Source of the DNA: Calcarisporiella thermophila CBS 279.70
Lineage: Eukaryota > Fungi > Calcarisporiellomycota
Reading direction: 5' to 3'
NCBI RefSeq assembly: GCF_041956535.1
Contig: NW_027192200.1
Location: 46,042-110,041 of the forward strand
DNA length: 64,000 nucleotides
Shown here: positions 37,001-51,207 of the stretch, piece by piece
Layout of the letters: each line of letters starts with the position of its first letter
How positions within the stretch are numbered: position 1 is the first letter of the stretch
Program-made: the position numbers and the translations under genes
Notes under the pieces: generated by a model
Seen by the model: only the letters and a program-made list of their open reading frames with translations
What the model was told of the DNA's origin: nothing
Databases searched by the model: none

Positions 37001-38649
37001 GAGCGGGGTGAAAATGTCGCGCTGAATCGGATCGTGGGCAATGCCACTCAGCATCGTGAACCTATCCTCGGAGGAAAGGCCAAATTGCTGGGCCATCCAC
37101 GGGTAATAATGGGTAAGCGAGAAGTGTCGTCCGCGCACGCCCTTGGGAATCCCCGTACTGCCGCTCGTGAAGCTGAGGGTCCCGATGCTGTCGGGGCCGA
37201 CCACCACCCCGGGCCCTTGGGCTGACAGCTCACGGATGGGATCCAGGATGTCTTGGCTCGACTCGGACGTACCACCGCAGAGGGTACCGTTGTCCTCAAG
37301 GCGTAGGGCTGGGATGCGGCAGGCGATATCCAAGTTGTCTTTAATGTAGCCCTCGACTGCCTCATCCAGCCGGCCCGCCTTCTCCAGCACAATGATACCC
37401 CGTGGGGTTGCCACCGAAAGATATATCTGCTGCCTGCTCGGGGGGTAGGCCGGGTCGATCACACTAAAGGTCGCGCCCGCACGCAGCACGCCCATGATTG
37501 CCACCACCAAATCCACGCCCCGGTAAGCATAAATCATCACCACATCCTCGCGACGGATCCCATTGCGTAGTAGATGGTGAGCGACCATATTTGTGGCTCG
37601 GTTAATTTGCGCATAGGTGAAGGTGCATCGGCCCTCATCCCTTGACTCCACCACGCAAATTCTATCGGGATGTCGCCGTGCATTCTCCTCGAATATATCG
37701 TGGATGGCTCCGCGCCACTCGCTCCACTTAAGATTGGCGGTGGGGTTGGGAATCACCTCCTGGCACAACCGAGTCACAAGGGGGATGTCGCCAACAGTTA
37801 ACTTGGTATTCTTGCTCACCGTCTCCACTACACGCACCAGCTGCTCCAACATGATCTCCACTCGAGCCGGCGAAAACAACACTTGGTTGTATGATACTCC
37901 AACTTCCAAGCGGGGAAGAAGCGCGTCTCGCAATGACGACGAGGAGTGGGAGGATATGATAATGGTCAGGTCGGTCGATGCTGATGTGGGTGCTAGCGCG
38001 GATTCTGATGGGGCGTCGGTGTGATTGAAGAAGCGAATGCGGAAGAGGGGTTGGCGATTTTCTTCGGTTGAGGAGGGCTGTAAGGCATCAATGAGGGAGG
38101 TGAAGGGGACTTCGTCATTTGCTGCTTCTTGCTCCATCTAAAATAAAACCCATAGCCATAGATACCCAGATCAACGCGCTGATTACCTCGCTAATAATAA
38201 TGCTCCAATGCTTCTCAATTTACCTTGTGAGCCATTCGAACAATGTCTTCGAAGGTGTTCTCCGGGTTCACGCTTAGCTTTAGCACCAGCGGGTTACCTG
38301 AATCGCTGGAAGAGCCCACCGCAAACTCCTCGTCGCCCGTGTATCTCTGTAGTAGCACTGCAAATGCCGCGAGCAGGATAATGAAAGGGGAAGGATGGGT
38401 CTGGGCCTTTCCCTCCCCCACTTGAAGCGCCAATGACAGCTGTAGCAGGGCGAGAGATAGGGACTCCGAGAGAGGTAATGTGTGAAATGCTTCGATAATC
38501 TTGAGGGGCATTGGCCGGGGATAATCGGTGGGAAGTTGAAGGTCGGCGAGGTTGTGAAGGCGAGCATGCCACCGCTTTAATCTTGCTCTCAGCTCCTCGG
38601 GTGTGAGCTGGACGGGAGGCTTTTGTTGTTGTGGCGGGTTGAGCGTCAT
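34014..38649 (-). CDS. LYS2: L-2-aminoadipate reductase (NRPS-like A-T-R enzyme of fungal lysine biosynthesis), 5 exons
   Basis: [10 protein letters not shown]; A domain [31 protein letters not shown]; T domain [10 protein letters not shown]; R domain TGATGFLG and [10 protein letters not shown]. Four GT-AG introns join the ORFs. Confidence 0.96.
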
Positions 38650-39009
38650 ATTAGAATAGGAGAGGAGGTTGTATTTTGGGTTGTTCTAACTAAGTAGTCA
38701 ATGAGAATTCCTGGATCAAGGGGGGGGTCGAGAGAACACGCTTTTAATAATTTGCTCGCTCAGAGATAATCAAGTGAAAGATGATCGATCTATTGGGAAA
38801 ATACACAGTCACATCTCTCTATCACAATCTCAGTCATTCAATTTCAGAAATAAATTAAATGATTTGTCTATACCTAATCTCCATATTATATGCATTCAAA
38901 AAAAGGGCGAAAACAAAGTATAAAATATATATAAAAATAACGTGAAGTCAACTCAAGTTAATCCAAGAATATTTTCGTAAGAGAAAAAAAAGCAAAAAGA
39001 TCTATTCAT

Positions 39010-40961
<1,952 letters not shown>

Positions 40962-41630
40962 CCCAAGTGTCAACTTTATAGGTAAGACCGGAAAGTTAAG
41001 GGCGGGGGAAAACACTAAACAAAAAATTATTATTAATGGAATGGAACACCGCCTCTGGGTGAAGTTGGAGATTCAAAATGCCCGCTGATTTCTGGCAGCA
41101 GCCCTCCCCAACCCTCCCCCCGACCTTTCCCAATCAACTCAAAATAAACTCCTTTTCCCATCGAATTGCAACTGCGACTCGTTTTCCCCCTTTCTCCTCG
41201 GAAAGGCCATTTCTATCCTCTGTTCTTTGCAAGTCAGCCGCCAAACTATCTGCGCTTGCCCCGGTTTCCGCAACTTTCACACGTATGTGCCCCCCCGCAG
41301 CTCTGAGAAGTGCCGCGAGAATAGCTCACGCAAAAGAAAACTCCCTGGTAAGACTCGGTTTGAATAGCAGATGCCATCTTGGATGGAGAAAAGAAAAAGA
41401 TTATTATTGAATTTAATAGTAAAGAGAGAAGGGGAGAAAGAGAGAAAGAGAGAAAGAAAAAAGAAAACCTATATATCAATAAATATTCGTATGAACACCA
41501 GATTGATATAGAAAAACGGTGGTATATTAAAGGTAACGAAAACAGGATTTACTGTCAACCCGCCAATGCGTGTTGAATCAAATTAGGCTGGGGAGGGGAG
41601 TGGCCCCCCCCTCCCCCCTTTCCCCATATT

Positions 41631-43708
41631 CTATTGCGCCTCGCGGCTCCTCTTCACCCACTTCATCATCATGATATCCAAATCGTTCAACACCCACCGA
41701 CACATCACCAGCAGCACTCCTAACCAGCTCTCCACTCTACTCTTCACCCTCACATCGGTGACCAGTGCCCATGCCTCGAGGGGCTGTGCGGCCATAAAAA
41801 CACGCACCACTGCCTCTATATAGAGCTGCGTCATGTCGTCGCTTGGCCGCCGACTAATTCGCTCCCCCACGGAGCGCGTGATTTTGGAGCCCCAGTTCAA
41901 AAAGGACGACTGTTTCCGGACTCGCGGCTTGCCGTCTTCCTTACTGGCAACCCCAGAGCCAACCCCACTATGAGAGTTGGTCCCTAGACTAGACCGCGGA
42001 TCCACCAATATCTGCTCGTTCAGCTTGGGCAGAGGACCAAACTTCTTGATAATAATGGATAGGACGGCATCCAGCGCGGGATCGATCAATTGGATCTCCT
42101 AAAGAACGGAAAAAGTGTTTAACTTCTATGCCAAGTTGCGGAGGCAAAGAGAGAGGGAGAGCGAGGGGTGTCTTGGGCCTTACCTTGAGTGTGCCTTGTA
42201 TATTCTCCAGCTGCTCCCACCGCCCCATTCGCGAAATCGCGTCGTAAACGGCGTCGCATACCTGTAGCTTTGTTTCCAACATTCCCAGCTTCAGCCCGGG
42301 CTGTAGCCACACTCCTTTTGGCACATAGAGCTTCGGCGTCAGATACCATCCGTTACGTGCACTTCTTTCTATCCCGCGCATCAGCCAGAAAATGCGTGCA
42401 CGCGCCGAAGAAGGACACGGCTCAGGCCCACTCTCCGTGTACGGCGAGGAAATATAGGCATTGCTCCCTGGAACACCGTAGAACATGGAAGGGGATATAT
42501 TGGAGTGGAAAGGAAGCTGCGGGGTGAAGCCCATTGCCCCCGGAGAAGGCCGCACTATCTCGCAGGATTTGGATCGCAAAGGAGCGCTGTGGGGCGTCAA
42601 GCTCTGCGCAGGCTCCTGGGGTGGAGGGCTGTCGGAAGTCCGAGGCGGGGCCATGGAGAGTGTTGGCCGCCGCTTGCGCACGTAAAATGTCGCTGGCGCT
42701 TCGGCTTTCGACAGAGGATGGAGTGGAGGGGGCGATTTGGGCGGAGAAGTAGTACACTGCGTAGGTGCAAACGATAGTGGAGGCGACTCTTCGGGCGAAT
42801 CGGTCAGGGATGCAAGGGAGCTTGAGAGCGAGTCGTTCAACCACGGTTGGGTGGTTGTGTCATGGGATGAGAGATCCGTGGCCGAAGGGTTATGAGAAGA
42901 GCACACATCCGACGCCCTGCCAGAGATGCCATTATCCTCCTCCTCCTCCTCTTCTTCTCCATCTTCTCCTCCTCCTCCTCCTCCTCCTTCTTCTTCCTCT
43001 TGGTCGTTTTCTATTGCCCCGGCAGGCTCGTACCCTTCATCCTTTCTTCTCTCTTCGCTCTCTACTAATTCTCCATCCCCTTCTTCTATCTCCGATTCCA
43101 CTTCCACCTTTGCTTTCGGCGAAGTCTCCGATTGTACATCTTCAGTTATCACTATTTCCACCTCTTTCTCCTCCTCAGCCTTTGCTTCCTCCCTGACTTC
43201 TTGCTGCGCCTCGTCAGCATTCTCATCTTCGTTATCGCATACACTCCGCTCGTCGTCATCATGGATTCCTAAGGATCCCGGCGTTAGTGGTGAAGGAGAT
43301 GGTAGTGGAGAAGGTGGTAAGCCGTTGGACTTTAGCTCTTTCCTAGGGGAATTAATGAGCGTGTGTATGCGGTGCTGATACGTCTCCAGCTTTTAAAAAA
43401 ATTCGTTAAAAATACGCAGAATGAAAGGAGAGAAATCTCAATCGAGAAATGGCCAAGCTTACAATATAGTTTAGCTTCTTCCGATGACTGACGGATGACT
43501 CGTCGATCAGCTTTTTCAGCAACACAACTGCTTCCTTATATGCGACTATAGCCTCGTCCACTTTCTTGGCTCTATCGAGACGCACTGCTGCCTGAGCCTT
43601 GATATGGGCTGCATCAAGAGCGCGTTTAGGTGAACAAGAGGAGACGGTAATAGGGGGATTGATTGGGAAGGAGGGAAGGGTTGATGGATGGGTCTGATGG
43701 GTTGTCAT
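41631..43708 (-). CDS. MIT-domain-containing protein with acidic low-complexity linker and conserved C-terminal helical domain, 3 exons
   Basis: N-terminal ALDAAHIKAQAAVRLD...AIVAYKEAVVLL (MIT-like). C-terminal GWYLTPKLYVPKGVW. Introns near 43390-43462 and 42099-42183. Confidence 0.75.
42935..43000. repeat. (CCT/CTT)n trinucleotide microsatellite encoding poly-Glu/Gly
   Basis: tcctcctcctcc...ttcttcc tract; translates as EEEEGGGGGGGEDGEEEEEEED on the - strand. Confidence 0.85.
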
Positions 43709-44765
43709 CTCTAGCAGGATGGATAGGTCGATGCATGAACAAAATAGAATTATTATAGGGTGAAGAGAGTAGAAAGCATTGAAAGACGAGGAATCGTTTA
43801 TAACATAACCATTAATCCGGAATTAAGTCATCTACTATGCTTGTGTAATTTAGAGTGAATTAGATGAAGTTAAAAAACAAGATATAGAATATAGAAAAAA
43901 AAAAAACGTAAGAAAGAATGTAACTGCAACGACGAAAAAGCTTTGGTTTCATCACATCAAATAATTTTGTGTTAATAAGGCCATTTTTGGACATCCGCAT
44001 CTTAGGTTAAGATTTGCGAACAAATCTAAATATTCAAATCAGTTCTGAAGTTTGGACGTTCCAAATAGCAGGGCGACAACGTCATCTCCTTCTATTTCGT
44101 GCCAGGGCCGTGCAGGTGGCACACTCACTGGCACCCGTGCACTCTCTCCTCCCTCTCTTCCTGTAGAGACTATGAAAGGTACTTGGACTCCTCTCGTGAC
44201 CTCTTCAAGCTCTTAACCATAGAATTGACCGAGCATTCCAGTTAGCAGTGGGGGGTTGCGAACTCGCACGCAAGGACCCTTTGGGGATTCAGTACATGGG
44301 TATTTGTTCTGCTTGCAAAGGATGCCAAGGAACTTTCCAATCTACTTAAGCTCACTAACTCCTTCTCACCGACTCTAAGGGGGGGGGGGGAGGTTTGAAT
44401 CGAAACAAATGCGCGAAAGAAAACCAGTGGATAGGAACAAGGATATTATTATTAATGAAATATGAAGGCATGTTTTTCGTTCTACAACAAAACTCAAAAC
44501 AAACTAAACAAAGTAAAATGCAAAACTCTAGAGTTTGTTTTTCCATTTTCCCAGTCACACCTTTCCAGTTTCCTGCTCTCCACTGCAGGCTGGCACCGTC
44601 TCTGCCAAGTAAATAGAATTAAAAACCGGAGTGGGTGGTGCCGGCCACGACAATTCCCCAGCGGAAATCGCGCTCGCTCGACGAAGCACCAAATCATCCA
44701 CGGTGAATCCGGATGGACGCCTCTGAACATTGCCGGCGGAAGCACGGCGGAACCGCCATTCTGCG

Positions 44766-46618
44766 CTAGATGGGGGCCGCTGCAGCAGAGGGACGACCAG
44801 AGGAACTACTTTGGAGTCCGGCATCGGGAAAAAGGAGGGGAGGGGAGAGGGAGGGGGAGGGTTCGATGATCAGTGGGTGGGGCGGATCGAAAGGGGCTGC
44901 AATATTCGGGACTGGAACCGGATTGGGTGAGGAAATGGGAGAAGGAGAGGAGGGCGAGGGAGATAGTTTGCTTGCGCTCTCTAGAAGCTCTCCTCCACCC
45001 GCGCGGGCGGAAGCTGCGGCTGGCTCGACCTCCGGCGATGCAACTGTTTGAACCGGAACCAGCGCAAATGTGAAGGAGTTTCCCTCCTCGATCACGCACT
45101 GTACTTCGCCCATCTCTCTCAGCATCGCAGGAAGCCTTGGTGGAATTGGGGGGGATGCCCCTTTGCTTTGCTGGGCTTTCGCGTCGGCTGGGGTCTGCTT
45201 ATCGGTTTTCCACGCATGGTTGGCTTGAGTGTACGCATATGCTTTACAGACCCCTCCAACATGCAGGCAACCCAACGTCACGGCATAAATCCAGGCGGCC
45301 TACAGAGATACGGTTCATTAGGTTAAAAATAGAGCGCATAGTATGGAATACAAGCAGCGATTGAAGTAACCTGGTAGCCAAACAATCGACAAAGCCCGTA
45401 GATGATGATCCCGGTGTACTGCAACAAATGTACAATAATAAACAATGTCATTTTCCTGGTCACCTGCTGCACCGAGCCTCCATTGGCTTCAGACACAAGA
45501 GGCTGTGGCTTGGAGGAGAGGGGAAGGCAGTCACGGGGAGTGGATGGATGGACGAGAGGAGCGATCGAGGTGGCAGGAGAGAGGTTATGGAGCCGAGAGG
45601 CCTCAATGGGGTGCGTGGGGGACCCTGCCCATTCCAGCCGCTCGGCGCGCAAGGCCAGGCTAGTAGGGGTGGTAATAGGCCCTTCTCTCCGCAATAGCGG
45701 ATGGGGCGGCTTCACCGGGGCAGTGGGCGGTGAACCTCTTTTCTTTCGAACCACCTCGGAAGTCTCGTTGAACGTGTTGATGCCCACAATCACAATGAGT
45801 TCATCGTCAGCCGACACCAACTTCTTGATCACCTGCAGATAGCAGTAGGTCGTTGCCAGCAGCACGATATAGTTGAAGGTAACCAGAATGGCAAAGAAAA
45901 GAGTTTGGCCGACGGCTTGGTTAAGAACAAAGCACCTAACGAAAGGAAGTAAGTGGACCTCGAACGCGTGTAGGGATGAAAAAGTGCACGCGTGACCGCA
46001 TCCATTTACTTACCAATAGGTGTCATTTCCAAATCCTTTCAAGCATAGCGTCGCCGTCGTTACCGCAATCGGTATAAGCGATGCATAGGCCAGGAACCTC
46101 CAGTCGTACCTCCCGATCTTCACCTGGCATCCCCTGCATATCTTTTGGTATATGATCAGCGCCATCATACCGGCAAGCCCCATATTGGTCATGACTGCGA
46201 AATTGATGGTGGCGCCCATGGCCGAGCACACGGACGCCCCAGGCAGCATGTCCACCGCAAGGCCGTGGAGGCAATTGACGAGGGTCAGGGTAGCCGTGAC
46301 GAATTCGAGCGAGGCCATGTAGAGCGGAAATCGCACGAAAATGCCGAGCCGCTCTCCCGTCTTGGTAAGGCAGCTACGTTGGTGGTAGGCTCTACAAAAC
46401 ACGTACAAGGCCGCAAGAATATTTGCCACACTGGCGAGTGCTCCGGTGGCCAGCACGGCTGCGCTTCCCACAGAGTCCTGCTGACTGATACGCAATGTCG
46501 GGGGGGTTGAAGCCGGCAGGGGGGCGCGCTCCAAAAGGAGGACATTCGGGTAGGGCAATGACTCCACACAGGAAAATGCAAGTGATATACATATACAAAG
46601 AACGAGTCGCACTATCAT
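44766..46618 (-). CDS. GPCR-like 7TM protein (Git3/cAMP-receptor-like), exons 46618-46014, 45935-45371, 45299-44766
   Basis: Signal-like N terminus, 7 hydrophobic segments, RFPLYMA, C-S-A-M-G in TM3, FGNDTY|WCF in ECL2, long third intracellular loop, Pro/Ser tail. Confidence 0.72.
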
Positions 46619-47598
46619 TGGGTTATGGGGTGAGTATGTGAGGGTATGTAAAATCGACAAGATGAAAGACAGGATAGGGGGGAATGTAGGAGGGGGAAGT
46701 GGCTGTGAAATATGCTAACGCGAGCAGTATATCGTCAGTCTTGTGGAGAAGACGAATGAGAACGCGAGGCACAAGGAACGGCGGATGGAATTAATGGAGA
46801 AGCTGCGATAGGTCGAGCAAGCCGATAGAATAGTAATAAGAAACGCTGAATTCACGCGGCGAATGGAGGGAAAACAACGATGCCATGACGACACCCGATA
46901 ACAGGGGCTAAACACAACGAACGCGATGACCGAGAAGGACGCGAAGAGCCAGGCGGATTAAGAGAAAGAAAATCCCCTCCAAGGGTAACAGCAGAACAAG
47001 GAGGCTAGGCCTGACCATAACCCGGGCCGCCTCGATATTAGGCTCTCGAGGATGGAGGCCCATTGGCAGAGAAGGCAGTGGTACAAATGAGAACTTGTTT
47101 TATTCAATTTCCAATTCACGCTGTGGCAACCTGCCAACAAGCCATCCGCCGAGCGCATTCGACAACCGGTTCCTTGCAATAGTAGTGATGCAAAGGCCAG
47201 CCTCCCAGCCTTTGCTGGAAGATTGGAGCCCAAGCCTAATCTCTCGGGAGAATGACAGATAAAACCGTGTTTTCCCCAAAAACATTTCGTTTGCCTTCAA
47301 GCTAAGCTTTTCCCCTGGTGGAGCCACCAGCACGAGCTAACTGCATTGGGATAGAGGATGTAGGCATGTTTGTAGGGGGCCGAGGATGCATAGCTTTTTA
47401 AACTAAGTGCTTTAGATATCTAACAAACAAACGGCTAGTCTAATGGAATAATACTATATGACTTATATTAATAGGCACAAATAGTAGTGGAGATCTTGAG
47501 GTCACGATGCCAGAGGAGAAAATGAACAGAATTACACAAATAAAGAGGAATGAATTGACGATTGCAGATGACTTTGGATGAGGAAGAAAGCATTTCCA

Positions 47599-48870
47599 TT
47601 AGGAGGAGGTGGAGGTGGAGGTGTTGTTCACTGTGCCACCGGAACCTTTGGTCTTTGCGACTGCCTTGGCGCCAGCAGTCTTCGCCTCGGCGGGCTTGGT
47701 CGCTTCCTTCACGGCGGGACTCTTGGAGGCGGTCTTGGTGCTGGCGGACTTAGTCGCCTCCTTCCCTGCAGGACTTTTGGGGGTGGTCTTCGTGTCCGCC
47801 TTGACCGCCGCACTCTCCCCCTTTGCAGTGGAGCTTGCACTGGCCTTAGCCTTAGGGGTTGTCGAAGTGCTCTTGCTCTTGGGGGTCTTTTTCTTTGGAG
47901 CCGCTGCCGACTTGGCCTTGGCGCCTCCCTTTTTCCCCTTGCTGGCGGCGACTTGATTTGCGGCGCGAGCCAGCATCATATCGAACACCCCATCTGCAAT
48001 CTTGTTGCCGAACCGCTCCATTTCCTTGTCACTCATATTGTGTTCTTTGGCGTACTCCTTTGCAACCCGAAGCCCTGCCTCTCGCCCCGCCTTTTGCGCC
48101 TGCTCGAACCGCTCTTTCACACTGGGAGCAGAGGACTTCGATGACGAGGGCGTTGTGGAAGACTTGGCGTTACTGGCTTGCTCCCCGGCTTTACGCTGGG
48201 CAAACGAGGTCGCGTCCGCGCCCTTGAAGCTGGAGGCGGTCAACGCGCCTCCCTTTGCGCCGGCATTGTCTACACTGCCGCCCGAGACTCGGTTAATGGT
48301 GGGGACAAATGCGCTCGATCCCGACCCCCCAAATGAGTTCATGGCGAGCTCGGCCGCTTTCCCGATGGCGCTCCCAATCGACTTGCCGATATTCTCTCCC
48401 TTTGCAGAGTCCATTCCGGGGATAAAGTTCCCGGCAATGGCCCCAAGGAGGCCGCCTCCAGTAGATGCCAAGTCCTGAGCGGGACTGGTGGCAGTAGCAC
48501 CGCCCCCTCCGCCGCCACCGGCATCCTTGTCTTTGCTCCCGCTGCCTGCCCCAAATATGGTGGCAACTCCGTCGATAATCCCGCCGATGTCCACGCCGCC
48601 CCCTCCGCCCTCTCCACCACCACCGCCGTTGAGGGAAAATCCTTTAGGCCCTCCAAGGCCCATTCCGCCCATGCCCATGCCCATGCCCATGCCCAACATC
48701 CCCATTAGGGGCTTGAACATCGAGCTCATGCCAAACAATCCAAACTGCCGTTTGTCAAGCGCCACCTCGTGCTCCGCGGAATAGGGGCTGGCCTTATCGA
48801 GGGAGGCGACCGGCAGCGCATTGGTTCCAGCCACGGCGGCTAGTAGGACCACAGGTAGAACTCTAACCAT
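47599..48870 (-). CDS. Orphan secreted Gly/Met-rich protein with basic Lys/Ala/Thr/Ser tail
   Basis: Signal peptide MVRVLPVVLLAAVAGTNA, Kex2 site LDKR, (GM)n repeat, glycine-zipper-like helices; no introns. Confidence 0.8.
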   Translation of the reverse strand: MVRVLPVVLLAAVAGTNALPVASLDKASPYSAEHEVALDKRQFGLFGMSSMFKPLMGMLGMGMGMGMGGMGLGGPKGFSLNGGGGGEGGGGGVDIGGIIDGVATIFGAGSGSKDKDAGGGGGGGATATSPAQDLASTGGGLLGAIAGNFIPGMDSAKGENIGKSIGSAIGKAAELAMNSFGGSGSSAFVPTINRVSGGSVDNAGAKGGALTASSFKGADATSFAQRKAGEQASNAKSSTTPSSSKSSAPSVKERFEQAQKAGREAGLRVAKEYAKEHNMSDKEMERFGNKIADGVFDMMLARAANQVAASKGKKGGAKAKSAAAPKKKTPKSKSTSTTPKAKASASSTAKGESAAVKADTKTTPKSPAGKEATKSASTKTASKSPAVKEATKPAEAKTAGAKAVAKTKGSGGTVNNTSTSTSS

Positions 48871-50654
48871 TGGCTATTCAATGAGGTTGGTAGCCGTACT
48901 TGGAATTAATCAAAGAGAGGGAGAGAAGAGCGTGGAGAAAAGTTCAACTTGGAATAAATAGGCTAGTCGTTAGAGGGGAGGAAGGAAGGGTGTAAAGCTC
49001 TGGAAAGATGAAGCGAAAGAATGGATCCAGCCGTTCAATTTCACAATTGTTCAAATGCAATGAATGAAGTAAAAAATAGGGAGAGGACAGCCTTTCCCAA
49101 CCTCAGTTTAGTTATTTATACCAGTCCCTACCGGTTAACGTGGCATTGAACATGAAGAAAAAACAATATTCCAGCGTGGGACTTGTAGTGTCCAGTGTTC
49201 GAAAAAAAGGTGCTCGCGGCTGCTATTTGTCGCGTCAGCGAGAATCCCGTCTACACGGGCGAAATATCACCACTCTTGTGCACATCGAGTCAAGAATCTT
49301 CTATTCACGAACCTCTGCTCGTGGCCGTAGAGGGCTCCTAGGGCAGCCGATACATTGGGGATCCGAGAGATTTGCCCCAGCTTTTTCTTGGATTCGCAAG
49401 GGGCTTTTTCTCTACTTACTAGGAATTGCGAGAGATTTTTAAGGCTAGTGTTTCACATGAATTTATTAATTTCGGTAGACTTCCCTGCCAGAATTCTTGC
49501 GGTGATGCGAATTGGCCAGAGCCTATTTTCTCAGAACTCCTCTTGCTTAAGAGCGAGTTGTTACTGAAATCTTAAGACGACTTGGATCTCGGGCTCCGAA
49601 AGCAGTCTGCAAAATAGGATGAAAATGTTGTAAGAGTCGAGACCTAATAAAAGTTGCCCCCGTAGACGATCCATCCTCCTCCACCTCAATCATTGGTACT
49701 TCTTTTGCTTGTACTGACTTCGAAGAACCGTAGATCGGATACTCTAAAATCCCCCACAAGAGGCTCTTATAGCCTCTGAATGCACCCTGTTCATAAAGGA
49801 AAGCTTCAGCCCCTCCCTCTGACGCTAGCCAAGCAAGCCGCTTGGGATCCCAAGGTTGCACTCGGTAACACCTCTAGCCCACTCAGGATATACGATTATT
49901 CCGTAGCTCAAGTGACGATGAGGTAGGTGAATGGGATAGAATTGAAGAGGACCGTGGCTGTATGCATTGCATGCTAATTATTGACTTGCTTAATTGCGCT
50001 TCTCGGTATTAAACTATTTCCCTGTATCCGGACTCTCGGAAAATGAGATCATGCCTTTTTTCCTCCAATTGAAATATTAAGGGACTGTTTGATGACGTGT
50101 TCATTTCATTTAGACTGTGTGAAGGAGAGTTGGATGCAAAAGGAAATTTTTCTAATTAGCCGATGCACAACGGAATCGGGCCATCGTAATCATAGCGAAA
50201 ATGCATAATGACAAATTCTCGTGAAAAAAATATAGCTGGATAGAATAGAGACATAAAGTGACAACGACCCATTGATCGGTACCCTTGAACATTCGAAGAG
50301 TTAAGCGTCTGGAAGTCTCCCTCAGTTGTCTTAATTCCTTGTGCTAATCCAGCCCCGTCTATTTGCATGGGTTGAAGATTTCTAACTCTAACTCTGATTA
50401 TATGTGATTTTATCACATAGAACCTCGTCGAATGATTCAACAGGGAGAGAACCTTCATGAGCTCTGGATGAACCTTGATTTCTTTTGCGGTCTCATCTGA
50501 ACCCAACTGCAATAAGCACGAAGTTTTGAGGACTAAATCATTCCACACCGATGGCCTCATCCGTGAACATGAACACTGCTAACTCTGATATAGGCAAGCA
50601 TTCGTTTCGGCACCAAACAGTCAATGTTCGTTATATAGGTAATACAGCAAGAAG

Positions 50655-51050
50655 GTGAAAAAAAAACAAAGTCAATTGCATGGGTGCCCTCGGCCAAATT
50701 CAATGGTCCATTCGGTAAAACAATGTTATACATTGCATCGTATTCACCCCAAGCTAAAAAGAGATTATATTAAGGCGGAAAAGGTTTTTCGTGATTGGAA
50801 ATTTAAAAGGGGTAAAAGTTTTACACTACTTAAACTTGCAACGACATTCTCAGCCATCACAGATATGGATATCACCAACCTAACGAGGGAAGTTAATTGG
50901 CACACCCTCTGTGAGCTTGTCCATGAGGACGCAGAGTGTGGATGGATTTGTCATCACTGCTGGAAATAAAGATTAACTATGGAAAGAAAGAATGCTAACA
51001 TGGCTGCGCATGGCAAAGGCACACCAAGCAGGATTCATCATCGTCTCTCC
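50655..51050 (+). mobile_element. Possible highly decayed Tc1/mariner transposase N-terminal fragment
   Basis: Weak resemblance only: LHGCPRPNSMVHSV (HTH), ITNLTREVNWHTL, and MAKAHQ at about 51010 (cf. RLxWAKAH). Stops and frameshifts present. Confidence 0.25.
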
Positions 51051-51150
51051 TAGACTGCCTTATTATAACTAGTTTGATATGTACACGATGATTCATGAAC
51101 TTTTTGAAGAATGGGCAAGATTTAAACTCAGCAAAATTTCCTTCTCAAGG

Positions 51151-51162
51151 GAATATAAAAGG
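51151..51162 (+). promoter_or_regulatory. TATA box (GAATATAAAAGG) upstream of the AKR gene
   Basis: Canonical TATAAAAG about 50 nt before the ATG at 51208. Confidence 0.6.
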
Positions 51163-51207
51163 CCAGCACCCTAATATCAAAATCCTCACTCCTCGAATAG
51201 ATCCAAA

